Part shown: in pieces, positions 31,790 through 56,399 of the stretch
Position numbering within the stretch: position 1 is the first letter of the stretch
Layout of the letters: each line of letters starts with the position of its first letter
Assembly: GCA_002269645.1 (NCBI GenBank)
Contig: NIVC01000630.1
Location: 434,001-498,000, forward strand
Length of the DNA stretch: 64,000 nt
Reading direction: 5' to 3'
Origin: Macrostomum lignano
Lineage: Eukaryota
The notes under the pieces: generated by a model
The model's input: only the letters and a program-made list of their open reading frames with translations
Told to the model about the DNA's origin: nothing
The model's database searches: none
Position numbers and translations under genes: made by a program

Positions 31790-32945
31790 AGATTTGGCGC
31801 CCCCACAGAATCAGATTTGGCGCCCCGACCCCCACAGAATCAGATTTGGCGCCCCCACACAGAATCAGATTTGGCGCCCCCACACAGAATCAGATTTGGC
31901 GCCCCCACACAGAATCAGATTTGGCGCCCCCACAGAATCAGATTTGGCGCCCCGACCCCCACAGAATCAGATTTGGCGCCCCCACACAGAATCAGATTTG
32001 GCGCCCCCCATAGAATCAGATTTGGCGCCCCCACACAGAATCAGATTTGGCGCCCCCCATAGAATCAGATTTGGCGCCCCCACCCCACAAAATCAGATTT
32101 GGCGCCCCCCCCCACAGAATCAGATTTGGCGCCCCCACAGAATCAGATTTGGCGCCCCCACAGAATCAGATTTGGCGCCCCGACCCCCACAGAATCAGAT
32201 TTGGCGCCCCCACACAGAATCAGATTTGGCGCCACCATACAGAATCAGATTTGGCGCCCCCCACAGAATCAGATTTGGCGCCCCCCACAGAATCAGATTT
32301 GGCGCCCCCACACAGAATCAGATTTGGCGCCCCCACACAGAATCAGATTTGGCGCCCCCACAGAATCAGATTTGGCGCCCCCCACAGAATCAGATCTGGC
32401 GCCCTCCACAGAATCAGATTTGGCGCCTTTCCCCCCCCCACAGAATCAGATTTGGCGCCCCGACCCCCACAGAATCAGATTTGGCGCCCCCACAGAATCA
32501 GATTTGGCGCCCCGACCCCCCACAGAATCAGATTTGGCGCCCCCACACAGAATCAGATTTGGCGCGCCCCCACACAGAATCAGATTTGGCGCCCCCCCCC
32601 ACAGAATCAGATTTGGCGCCCCCCACAGAATCAGATTTGGCGCCCTCCACAGAATCAGATTTGGCGCCTTTCCCCCCCCCCCCCCAGAATCAGATTTGGC
32701 GCCCCGACCCCCACAGAATCAGATTTGGCGCCCCCACAGAATCAGATTTGGCGCCCCGACCCCCCACAGAATCAGATTTGGCGCCCCCACACAGAATCAG
32801 ATTTGGCGCCCCCCATAGAATCAGATTTGGCGCCTCCACCCCACAGAATCAGATTTGGCGCCACCATACAGAATCAGATTTGGCGCCCCCCCACAGAATC
32901 AGATTTGGCGCCCCCACAGAATCAGATTTGGCGCCACCATACAGA
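31790..32945 (+). repeat. Satellite A: cagaatcagatttggcgcc + variable C-tract
   Basis: Invariant 19-bp core separated by variable C-rich linkers. Confidence 0.95.
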
Positions 32946-33002
32946 ATTCCCACACCGATTGCTATTTTATTATTATTAATTACAATCACCATAACTAGCG
33001 CC

Positions 33003-36000
33003 ATGGAAGCTTATTATCAAAGCAAGGCGGTTGTAAAACTCTGCATCAATATACACAGTAGCCTGTGCATACCAGCTGCTGATATTACTCTATTGAGTCT
33101 CCTCGACATGCCCTGAGCGATCTGCTCTGCATTTCTATAGCTATTGAGACTTCTTGCTCAGCTCAGAAGAGAGGAAATTTTGCTTCACAATAAATTCTGT
33201 TTTGAGGCCAAGTTGGACTTTGTAGAGAGACAGACTGAAAAAAGGAAGCAGGAAGTATTGTTGGAAAGCGTGGGGTAGCTAAGATGGTTAATTGCATAAA
33301 TTTTAAGGGCTATAGAAATAGTATGAGAACTTAAGACTCAAAGCTGAATGTTCTTGAGGGGCGCCAGATCTAGTTCTGAGGTTGTGGCGCCAGATCCATT
33401 TCTGAGGTTTTGGCGCCAGATCCAGTTCTGAGGTTTTGGTGCCAGATCCAGTTCTGAGGTTTTGGTGCCAGATCTAGTTCTGAGGTTTTGGTGCCAGATC
33501 CAGTTCTGAGGTTGTGGAGCCAGATCTAGTTCTGAGGTTGTGGCGCCAGATCCATTTCTGAGGTTTTGGCGCCAGATCCAGTTCTGAGGTTTTGGTGCCA
33601 GATCCAGTTCTGAGGTTATGGCGCCAGATCTAGCTCAGAGGTTTTGGCGCCAGATCTAGTTCTGAGGTTGTGGAGCCAGATCTAGTTCTGAGGTTGTGGA
33701 GCCAGATCTAGTTCTGAGGTTGTGGCGCCAGATCCATTTCTGAGGTTTTGGCGCCAGATCCAGTTCTGAGGTTTTGGTGCCAGATCCAGTTCTGAGGTTA
33801 TGGCGCCAGATCTAGCTCAGAGGTTTTGGCGCCAGATCTAGTTCTGAGGTTGTGGAGCCAGATCTAGTTCTGAGGTTGTGGAGCCAGATCTAGTTCTGAG
33901 GTTGTGGAGCCAGATCTAGTTCTGAGGTTTTGGCGCCAGATCTAGTTCTGAGGTTTTGGCGCCAGATCCAGTTCTGAGGTTGTGGCGCCAGATCTAGTTC
34001 TGAGGCGCCAAACACATGATAGTCATTTTCATAGAATTTATACTCTTGAGTCTTGATATGGGGCAGTAAATTTACCTGTATAGCAATACTCATGTACATG
34101 TACTCGTCATACATGTAACCATGCATTATCCAATAAGTTTTTAGTACCTATTCATTGTACTTTCTTAAATTTTATATTTCCCAGCATCCGGATGCACGGA
34201 GTCCCCTGCAGCTGTAAGTCATGGGAACTCGGGATAGACAGTAGGATGTCAGGATAGACAGTAGGATGTCAGGATAGACAGTGGGATGTCAGGATAGACA
34301 GTAGGATGACAGGATAGACAGTAGGATGACAGGATAGACAGTGGGATGTCAGGATAGACAGTAGGATGTCAGGATAGACAGTGGGATGTCAGGATAGACA
34401 GTAGGATGACAGGATAGACAGTAGGATGTCAGGATAGACAGTAGGATGTCAGGATAGACAGTGGGATGTCAGGATAGACAGTAGGATGACAGGATAGACA
34501 GTGGGATGTCAGGATAGACAGTAGGATGTCAGGATAGACAGTGGGATGTCAGGGTAGACAGTAGGATGTCAGGATAGACAGTGGGATGTCAGGATAGACA
34601 GTAGGATGACAGGATAGACAGTAGGATGTCAGGATAGACAGTAGGGTGTCCGGAAAGACATTCAGGATGTCAGGATAGACAGTAGGGTGTCAGGATGTCA
34701 GATACACAGTGGGATGTCAGGATAGACAGTAGGAGGGTGTCAGGAAAGACAGTAGGGTGTCAGGAAAGACACTGGATGTCACTAAAGACATTAGGGTGTC
34801 AGGATAGACAGTAGGGTGTCAGTAAAAACACTGGGATGTCAGGATAGACAGTAGGGTGTCAGGATAGACAGTGGGATGTCAGGATAGACAGTAGGGTGTC
34901 AGGATAGACAGTAGGGTGTCAGTAAAGACACTGGGATGTTAGGATAGACAGTAGGGTGTCAGGATAGACAGTAGGAGGGTGTCAGGAAAGACAGTAGAGT
35001 TTCAGGATAGACAGTGGGATGTCAGGATAGACAGTAGGGTGTCAGGAAAGACACTGGGATGTCAGGATAGACAGTAGGGTGTCAGTAAAGACACTGGGAT
35101 GTCAGGATAGACAGTAGGGTGTCAGGATAGACAGTAGGAGGGTGTCAGGAAAGACAGTAGAGTTTCAGGATAGACAGTGGGATGTCAGGATAGACAGTAG
35201 TGTGTCAGTAAAGACACTGGGATGTCAGGATAGACAGTAGGGTGTCAGGATAGACAGTAGGAGGGTGTCAGGAAAGACAGTAGAGTTTCAGGATAGACAG
35301 TGGGATGTCAGGATAGACAGTAGGGTGTCAGGAAAGACACTGGGATGTCAGGATAGACAGTAGGGTGTCAGTAAAGACACTGGGATGTCAGGATAGACAG
35401 TAGGGTGTCAGGATAGACAGTAGGAGGGTGTCAGGAAAGACAGTAGAGTTTCAGGATAGACAGTGGGATGTCAGGATAGACAGTAGTGTGTCAGGATAGA
35501 CAGTAGGAGGGTGTCAGGAAAGACAGTAGAGTTTCAGGATAGACAGTGGGATGTCAGGATAGACAGTAGTGTGTCAGTAAAGACACTGGGATGTCAGGAT
35601 AGACAGTAGGGTGTCAGGATAGACAGTAGGAGGGTGTCAGGAAAGACAGTAGAGTTTCAGGATAGACAGTGGGATGTCAGGATAGACAGTAGGGTGTCAG
35701 GAAAGACACTGGGATGTCACTAAAGACATTAGGGTGTCAGGATAGACAGTAGGGTGTCAGTAAAAACACTGGGATGTCAGGATAGACAGTAGGGTGTCAG
35801 GATAGACAGTGGGATGTCAGGATAGACAGTAGGGTGTCAGGATAGACAGTAGGGTGTCAGTAAAGACACTGGGATGTTAGGATAGACAGTAGGGTGTCAG
35901 GATAGACAGTAGGAGGGTGTCAGGAAAGACAGTAGAGTTTCAGGATAGACAGTGGGATGTCAGGATAGACAGTAGGGTGTCAGGAAAGACACTGGGATGT

Positions 36001-37191
36001 CAGGATAGACAGTAGGGTGTCAGTAAAGACACTGGGATGTCAGGATAGACAGTAGGGTGTCAGGATAGACAGTAGGAGGGTGTCAGGAAAGACAGTAGAG
36101 TTTCAGGATAGACAGTGGGATGTCAGGATAGACAGTAGTGTGTCAGTAAAGACACTGGGATGTCAGGATAGACAGTAGGGTGTCAGGATAGACAGTAGGA
36201 GGGTGTCAGGAAAGACAGTAGAGTTTCAGGATAGACAGTGGGATGTCAGGATAGACAGTAGGGTGTCAGGAAAGACACTGGGATGTCAGGATAGACAGTA
36301 GGGTGTCAGTAAAGACACTGGGATGTCAGGATAGACAGTAGGGTGTCAGGATAGACAGTAGGAGGGTGTCAGGAAAGACAGTAGAGTTTCAGGATAGACA
36401 CTGGGATGTCAGGATAGACAGTAGGGTGTCAGGATAGACAGTAGGAGGGTGTCAGGAAAGACAGTAGAGTTTCAGGATAGACAGTGGGATGTCAGGATAG
36501 ACAGTAGTGTGTCAGTAAAGACACTGGGATGTCAGGATAGACAGTAGGGTGTCAGGATAGACAGTAGGAGGGTGTCAGGAAAGACAGTAGAGTTTCAGGA
36601 TAGACAGTGGGATGTCAGGATAGACAGTAGGGTGTCAGGAAAGACACTGGGATGTCAGGATAGACAGTAGGGTGTCAGTAAAGACACTGGGATGTCAGGA
36701 TAGACAGTAGGGTGTCAGGATAGACAGTAGGAGGGTGTCAGGAAAGACAGTAGAGTTTCAGGATAGACAGTGGGATGTCAGGATAGACAGTAGTGTGTCA
36801 GTAAAGACACTGGGATGTCAGGATAGACAGTAGGGTGTCAGGATAGACAGTAGGAGGGTGTCAGGAAAGACAGTAGAGTTTCAGGATAGACAGTGGGATG
36901 TCAGGATAGACAGTAGGGTGTCAGGAAAGACACTGGGATGTCACTAAAGACAGTGGGATGTCAGGATAGACAGTAGGGTGTCAGGAAAGACACTGGGATG
37001 TCACTAAAGACAGTGGGATGTCAGGATAGACACTGGGATGTCACTAAAGACAGTAGGGTGTCAGGAAAGACAGTAGGATGTCAGGATAGACAGTAGGGTG
37101 TCAGGAAAGACAGTGGGGGCCAGGTGATACTGCAGTTGTCGAGAGTCACCTATATTTTTTCTGCAGATCAAAAGGGATTGAATCAAAGTAA
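33003..37191 (+). CDS. Tentative small spliced gene (about 65 aa, helical/coiled-coil-like)
   Basis: ATG 33003 (MEAYYQSKAV; donor weak or uncertain), exon 33141-33254 (tttctatag|LLRLLAQLRREEILLHNKFCFEAKLDFVERQTEKRKQE|gtattg), exon 34185-34213 (tttcccag|HPDARSPLQ..|gtaagt), exon 37167-37191 (tttttctgcag|..SKGIESK*). The last three join in frame, and both later introns contain arrays like the other genes. Confidence 0.35.
33360..34010 (-). repeat. Satellite B: 26-bp, inverted relative of satellite A
   Basis: Unit ggcgccagatctagttctgaggttgt; its reverse-complement core cagaactagatctggcgcc is 16/19 identical to the A core. Confidence 0.93.
34232..37115. repeat. About 2.9-kb 20-bp satellite with 938-bp higher-order repeat
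   Basis: Unit caggatagacagtagggtgt; markers at 34781/35719, 34995/35933 and 35158/36096 are each 938 bp apart. Confidence 0.95.
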
Positions 37192-37504
37192 AGTGTCAAA
37201 CAAACCAAAATCAATGAATCGCTTTTGACAAGCAAGTCTATCCTAGAATTTTGCAACAAAAGTACACAAATCTGCTTTCATAAAGACAACGAAATGTAAA
37301 GCCCTTACTGTGGAAAGCAATTACTACTCAATAATAGAATCTATGAATATTAAATACGATAAATATTCATGCGCATATACAAACCCAAAAATACATGTAT
37401 GTAGACTGTGACAATCATGACTTGAGGGTATTATAAATTATGCAAAAAGTATGCTTCCAGTTCATTGTATATACTGATCGTACGGCTGAATTCCTTGACT
37501 GGTA

Positions 37505-38170
37505 TAAGAGTGGCAGCCATAGTAGGAGTGACAGTCTCAATAAGAGTGACAGTCTTAATAATTGAGTGACAGCCTCAATTAGAGTTGACAGTCTCAATAA
37601 GAGTGACAGTCTTAATAATTGAGTGACAGCCTCAATTAGAGTTGACAGTCTCAATAAGAGTGACAGCCTCAATAAGAGTGACAGTCTCAATAAGAGTAAC
37701 AGTCTTAATAATTGAGTGACAGCCTCAATAAGAGTTGACAGTCTCAATAAGAGTGACAGTCTCAATAAGAGTGACAGTCTCAATAAGAGTGACAGCCTCA
37801 ATAAGAGTGACAGCCTCAATAAGAGTGACAGTCTCAATAAGAGTGACAGCCTCAATAAGAGTGACAGCCTCAATAAGAGTGACAGTCTTAATAATTGAGT
37901 GACAGCCTCAATAAGAGTTGAAAGTCTCAATAAGAGTGAAAGCCTCAATAAAAGTGACAGCCTCAATAAGAGTGACAGCCTCAATAAGAGTGACAGCCTC
38001 AATAAGAGTGACAGTCTTAATAATTGAGTGACAGCCTCAATAAGAGTTGACAGTCTCAATAAGAGTGAAAGCCTCAATAAAAGTGACAGCCTCAATAAGA
38101 GTGACAGCCTCAATAAGAGTGACAGTCTCAAAAAGAGTGACGGCCTCAATAAGAGTGACAGTGCCAGTAA
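37505..38170. repeat. 18-bp minisatellite
   Basis: Unit ctcaataagagtgacag(t/c). Confidence 0.95.
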
Positions 38171-38839
38171 ATGTGACAGGCTTATGAGTGACAGTTACAA
38201 CAGAGTGAACAATTCTTTTCAATTGAAAAAGGCAGACACAATAAAGCAGAAGGTTTGAATGCATTCGCATCATACATGTTGCTTTCATAATCATAAAGCA
38301 TGTGTGTATTTTTCTAGATAAACTATTCATAATCGGCAAGTGTACCAGTACTAAGTCGATAGAATCACTTCGAATCTAGAACAGGGAAAAATTGCATAAT
38401 TTTATATTCACTGACTGAGTAATTCTGAAATCGTGAAAAATAAGTTATGATGCATATTTTTACAAGGCAAATCAATATTGTAACAATTAGCACCATTATG
38501 TACTATATATGATTAGCGAGGGTCTTTTATTGTATAATTAGTGTAATTAAAAGCACAAATAATTATACAAGCACAGCCGCACCAAAGCATCAATTTATTA
38601 ATTCATAAATTTATTATTAATCAAAAATGAAATCAATGTTCAGAAACAATCGACAGGAAGAAAACTGGATTAATACAAAGATTTCTAATCGCAGATATAG
38701 AAACAGAATTAAAAACCTTAGTAGCACTACTGCAAGTAAGCTATAACGATTAGTTTTTATTGCGTGATTTTAAAAAAAATTGTTTAGAAAAATTTGTACG
38801 GTCGGACGACTAGCCCTAAGTTTCCGATTAGCAAAGAGC

Positions 38840-39545
38840 CGTCAAATCCGCCCCTTGAATAACAACAGAATCGTCAAATCCGCCCCTTGAATAACAACAG
38901 AATCGTCAAATCCGCCTCTTAAATAACAACAGAATTGTCAAATCCGCCCCCTTGAATAACAACAGAATCGTCAAATCCGCCCCTTGAATAACAACAGAAT
39001 CGTCAAATCCGCCCCTTGAATAACAACAGAATCGTCAAATCTGCCCCTTAAATAACAACAGAATTGTCAAATCCGCCCCCCGAACAACAATAGAATCGTC
39101 AAATCCGCCCCTTGAATAACAACAGAATCGTCAAATCCGCCCCCGAACAACAATAGAATCGTCAAATCCGCCCCTCGAATAACAACAGAATCGTCAAATC
39201 CGCCCCGAACAACAATAGAATCGTCAAATCCGCCCCTTGAACAACAGAATCGTCAAATCCGCCCCGAACAACAATAGAATCGTCAAATCCGCCCCTTGAA
39301 CAACAGAATCGTCAAATCCGCCCCGAACAACAATAGAATCGTCAAATCCGCCCCTTGAACAACAGAATCGTCAAATCCGCCCCTTGAACAACAACAGAAT
39401 CGTCAAATCCGCCCCTTAAATAACAACAGAATCGTCAAATCCGCCCCTTAAATAACAACAGAATCGTCAAATCCGCCCCCTCGAACAACAATAGAATCGT
39501 CAAATCCGCCCCCTGAATAACAACAGAATCGTCAAATCCGCCCCC
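38840..39545. repeat. About 32-bp minisatellite immediately 3' of the VPS35L stop
   Basis: Unit cagaatcgtcaaatccgccccttgaataacaa. Confidence 0.95.
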
Positions 39546-39558
39546 TACATCCCAAAAG

Positions 39559-52025
<12,467 letters not shown>

Positions 52026-53960
52026 CTTATTTAAAATATTTTTACTGAATTGCAGGCAAACATATCATTAAATAAGTGATTGTAATATTTTTTTCAAATC
52101 ATATATAATCACCGTACTAAACAAGCAAAATTTACATAATTTTGGGTAAATGGCGGGAGTAACTATAACTGTATTATTAAAATTAAATGCCTCAGCATCT
52201 ATTTAGCACTGTCTGTATTTTGGGGTGGGTATTTTTGCAGCTTGCCTTGGCTGGGCCCCTCGCAAGCCAACTGGATCGGCCAGAGGCTGTGCAAAATCCC
52301 TTCAAAAATTGTGATCCCAATACTAGCCAATCCAAAAAAATTTGATACCTATTTGAACTTTATATATGCTTTTAACAAGTTAACACATTAGAATAGAATC
52401 CCACTCCTGAAATCCAAAACCCTGACAAAAATTGGAATGTCTATCTTTGTCTACACCATAGTTTGGAAGGTGACATGTATGCCAGGATTTCTTGGCATAG
52501 AACAAAGGTACTTGCCATTTTTTAGCATATATTAGCATATATCCTGGGTGTATATCCTGGTGTACATGACATAGTGGAAACATTTTTTAGTCCTGGCATT
52601 ATGAGTTCTTGTGCTTTTTTCTAGCATTAGACCTAGCATACACTAATACACAATCTGAACTATGGTGTCTTCATGACAATAAGACATCATGAATATTAGT
52701 TATTATATTAGGCTATGTTAAGTCTTGCAATACCAAATAGAATTAATGAGATGTCAAGGCTCCTGGGATGAATTGCTGGGACATAGACTTACTTAGAGGA
52801 TTACTAAAATGCTATAGCTTATAAGGGAAAAGGTTATTAAGCTGCCAAAGATCAATTAAGAATTGTTTATAGGCCTAGCATAGCATTAAAGGAAAAAAAG
52901 ACTGAGTTAAAGATAAGCCATGGCTTAAAAGGAAAGGCTTTTCATATTGTACATACTATTAGAGATTGCCACTTAATAAATATACCCCTAACCTATATGC
53001 CTAAATTAATGTGATCCCAATATTGATACCAAATAAAAAAGACTATTTCTATTAGGGCCTACAAGAATGATTTCTCTCTATTGCAATCAATGACCATTAT
53101 TATGGACAATTTCCAACATGGATTGGCCTTGGTAGTGCAAATGCAATCTAGCATATTAGGCCTAGCATAGTCTGGCACAGGAAAGGGAGACATCTAGGTT
53201 CATAGACACTTTATCTTACAACTTTGTCTTGAGGGCGAGAGCAGCCCCTATTACCATTATAAATCTTATACTTTTGGCATCTACTTTGAAAAGAGGACAC
53301 TTTGTCTGAGTTTGGTCAGTTTGTCATCTATCAATAAAAACAATTATAGACTCAATTTATAAATGCTACTATATACAAGTATATAAAAATAGAGGCTGAA
53401 TTATGAGACTTCAAGGCTATGAACTTAATATCCCTTCCTTTTTTATTCTGGACTTGGGACTAGAAAATTGCAGAGTTACAAACATAGACTTTTGTATTAA
53501 TAACTAGTATATATAAAATGAAATGCAATTTAGAAGACAAATTAGAAGACAATGTTTAGAAGACAATAGACAAATTTGCTTTACATCATCTACATTTCTA
53601 TATTAAAATAAATTGGACATGCATCATTGCACACAGTTATAGGCCTAGTCTTTGCACTTTTCAACCAATGAAGACTTGGCCTAAGTTTCTGACACAATTC
53701 TTTTTGTCTTCTCTAACCTTTAAAATTTGCTGAATAATAATAGACCAACAAAATTTATCTGTGACAATTAGGCCTAGGCATAATTGTCACAGATAAATAC
53801 CTAGGTCCTAGGCTTAGGCCTAGCTGCCTAGGTACTATTCCAATTAGGCCTAACTTCTCCTATGGTAGCCAGATAATAATGGCCTAAGGCTACTGCATGG
53901 CCATGGTTATTACTGGTTGATTGGGCATTTGCATTACCTTGAGATGGTCTAATACTGTAG

Positions 53961-54659
53961 TAGAGGATGTAGGCAAATTTAGCAACAAACAAATTCGGCG
54001 ACAGAAATTAGGCCCCAACATGGAAAAATTTGGTGAAAGCAATTTCGGCGACAGTCTTTGTAAGTAAGTCCTATTTACTGATTGCACCCATGAGGCTTCA
54101 GATATAAGCCATCTGTCAGACTAACCCCTATCCCCTTCGTTAACAGTACTGTGTGTGTACAAGACGACAGACGTACAACACGTCTTAAACTTGAGTACGA
54201 TGTACGAGGGAATGAGGTGTGCATCGTCATTCGTCAGCTGAGCGCACTGTAGAAAAGTGTACATCAAGTCCAAGAATTACTGTCAATTGATACTATACTG
54301 GCAAAGAGGTGTCTTAAGACTCTAGCCACTAAACTCTTGCATGACTTTTGGCTTTGATATAAGAAATTTTGTTCCACAAAAATAGGACATTGCGCAGATC
54401 TTTAACCAAAAGAACATTTCTTGGAAAATACATTTGAAAAGTACAGGGATAATAATCGATAAAACAAACGCAATTAAAAGGAAAGATAGCTAAAATGCAA
54501 ATTTTAATACCAAATTGTACTAAAATAATAATTAGGATTATACAAAATTGTTTTGTCGCCGAAAGCGACTAGGTTGTTGCCGAATCTGCTTTTACCGAAT
54601 TTGTCCAGTGAATTTCAGTCGCTGAATTTGTTTGTCACCGAATTGGTCAGCACCCTCTG
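53961..54659. mobile_element. MITE-like element with about 85-bp imperfect TIRs built from (A)ATTCGGCGACA sub-repeats
   Basis: Left acaaacaaattcggcgacagaaatt..aaatttggtgaaagcaatttcggcgaca aligns to the reverse complement of right ttgttgccgaatctgcttttaccgaattt..aatttcagtcgctgaatttgtttgtcaccgaatt. TSD unclear. Confidence 0.6.
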
Positions 54660-54975
54660 ATAGATATGCAAAATATATTCCTTGATTTATTGGAGTTCCT
54701 CCCCAAAATATTTTCTTCCTAAATATAGTGTCGAAAGGTAGAGTCGCTGCCACCAATCAAAGCTAAGATTAAGTATTGACTGAGCTAGGGACAAACAAGG
54801 ATTTAAAATAGAAAACATTATTACTAATTGTTAGAGCCTTACTTACTATTACTATTATTAATATATTAATAAAGGAGGATTCTATTTAAATCATCAATCA
54901 TACAATAATGCCTACAAACACAGAGCTACATGTACGGCCGAACGGGACTGGTCTGTTGTATCTCTACCAGTAAAT

Positions 54976-55355
54976 GGGGGAGCCGTAGCCCAGCGGTAGC
55001 GAGCTGCTCTGGTGTGCCCCAGGCTCGATTCCAAGTGCAATCAGATTAATTTGGGGCTGAATTGGAATCTCGGCTTGGCTCTGCTCGTGCAATTAACGGC
55101 CTTGAGAGCCAACGTACCCCCCAAGCAAGGCGCAGTGAAGTGTACATGCCTAACGATAAAATAAAGTTAGGGCCGCTGTACACGTACACTCCTGTGTGAG
55201 TGTGTGCTGCGTACGTATCCGCGCGCTTGTATGTCTGCTCAGGGGAGTCGGCGGAATGGGCAGTAATGCCTCTCGCCGGTTGTGTGCCAATGTCGCTTAA
55301 AGTGCGCCAGGGTGCACGCAACCCCCCTGCCTCTAACAATAAAACATAACATAAA
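54976..55355 (+). mobile_element. tRNA-derived SINE
   Basis: A box TAGCCCAGCGG (54986-54996), B box GGCTCGATTCC (55022-55032), A-rich tail AATAAAACATAACATAAA, 15-bp degenerate TSD TCTCTACCAGTAAAT (54961-54975) / TCTCTGCTAGTACAT (55356-55370; 12/15). No T4 run until 55422. Confidence 0.7.
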
Positions 55356-55994
55356 TCTCTGCTAGTACATGTAATTGAACACAGACCAATTGTGGAAATT
55401 GATTATTGTGATGAGGACGCATTTTTTCAATCTTAAAACCGCACCTTTTGCTTTGATGCGCTCTTTCCCCTACTGTTCAGTAGGCTAACTTAGATTTTCT
55501 CTCTATTCTCTCATCTAGGCGGAGTTCTATAATTTATGACATTATTATTATTTATGTTAGATTACTCAAGGTAAGGTACTTCCGTTAGGATTCTAATTTT
55601 GGATTGTTTACGCATCTTTGAAGGTCAGACTGTCTGGGTCTGAGGCGGATTGACCTCTAACAGTCTAGACAGGCGACACTACATCTGGGAGGAATGTTTT
55701 TAATCGCATTCTGACCCCCTGATTTGAGACTTTTTCACTGTTTTTTAGTGACTTATGGCGGTCTAGCTGTCACTTTGACTCCAGCCTGTCTGGGTCAAAG
55801 AGGTCTTTCCAGCTTTCTCCCCACTCGCTCTGTTACCTTCTCCTTTGATTTAAGGGCGTTTTGCAGTCACTTTTGGCGCCAGGATGTCTAGACAAGTGAC
55901 TTTTATTATCCTTTGCACATGATTTATTACCGCACCTGTCAACTTCCCTGGGGTCTGAAGGCCACCTGGTGGGGTGGGTTTTGGGGTCTTGAGC

Positions 55995-56165
55995 TCAGCC
56001 AATCAGAGACGACCTGACTGCCCCCGGCTCGTCCAATCAGAAAATTCGGCGCCTATTTTAACAAAAGCTCTCAGCCAATCAGAAAATTCGGCGCGCGTTA
56101 TAACAAATCGGCCGCATGAGAGCTATAAAAGGCGGCAACTTGACCCGCGCTCGAAAATGGCCGAC
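55995..56165 (+). promoter_or_regulatory. Pol II promoter-like cluster: three CCAAT boxes, E2F-like TTCGGCGC x2, TATAAAA, YY1-like AAAATGGCCG
   Basis: CCAAT at 55999, 56033 and 56075; CCAATCAGAAAATTCGGCGC duplicated; TATAAAA 56124-56130; ATG 56157; donor-like GTAAGA at 56238. Confidence 0.5.
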
Positions 56166-56399
56166 CGACTTCCTGCCTTCCGGCACACCCTGACCTTGGC
56201 TTTGGCCGGTCCTGCCGACTGTAGATTTGTTTTAGGGGTAAGAAAAGGCTTGGCCACTGCGCGGCCCTGAGCGCCAATATATATATTTAGAAATCGATAT
56301 TTGCGTGGGGTGGAGTTGCGCCTGATAAACAAGAAGCGTGCAAGCTGATTGGCTGCAGAGCGACGGGGGCAGGCATTGTGCACTTTAGGGTCAGAGAGT

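Noticed and set aside
31790-32945. Constant 19-bp core with variable linkers, CRISPR-like at first glance; 449-aa ORF 31767-33116
   Set aside because: Linkers are only 3-12-nt C-runs. The ORF is a by-product of a stop-poor repeat and reads similarly in all frames.
54979-55050. Possible tRNA gene
   Set aside because: A-B box spacing is short, the acceptor stem does not close and no anticodon arm is clear; better explained as a SINE head.
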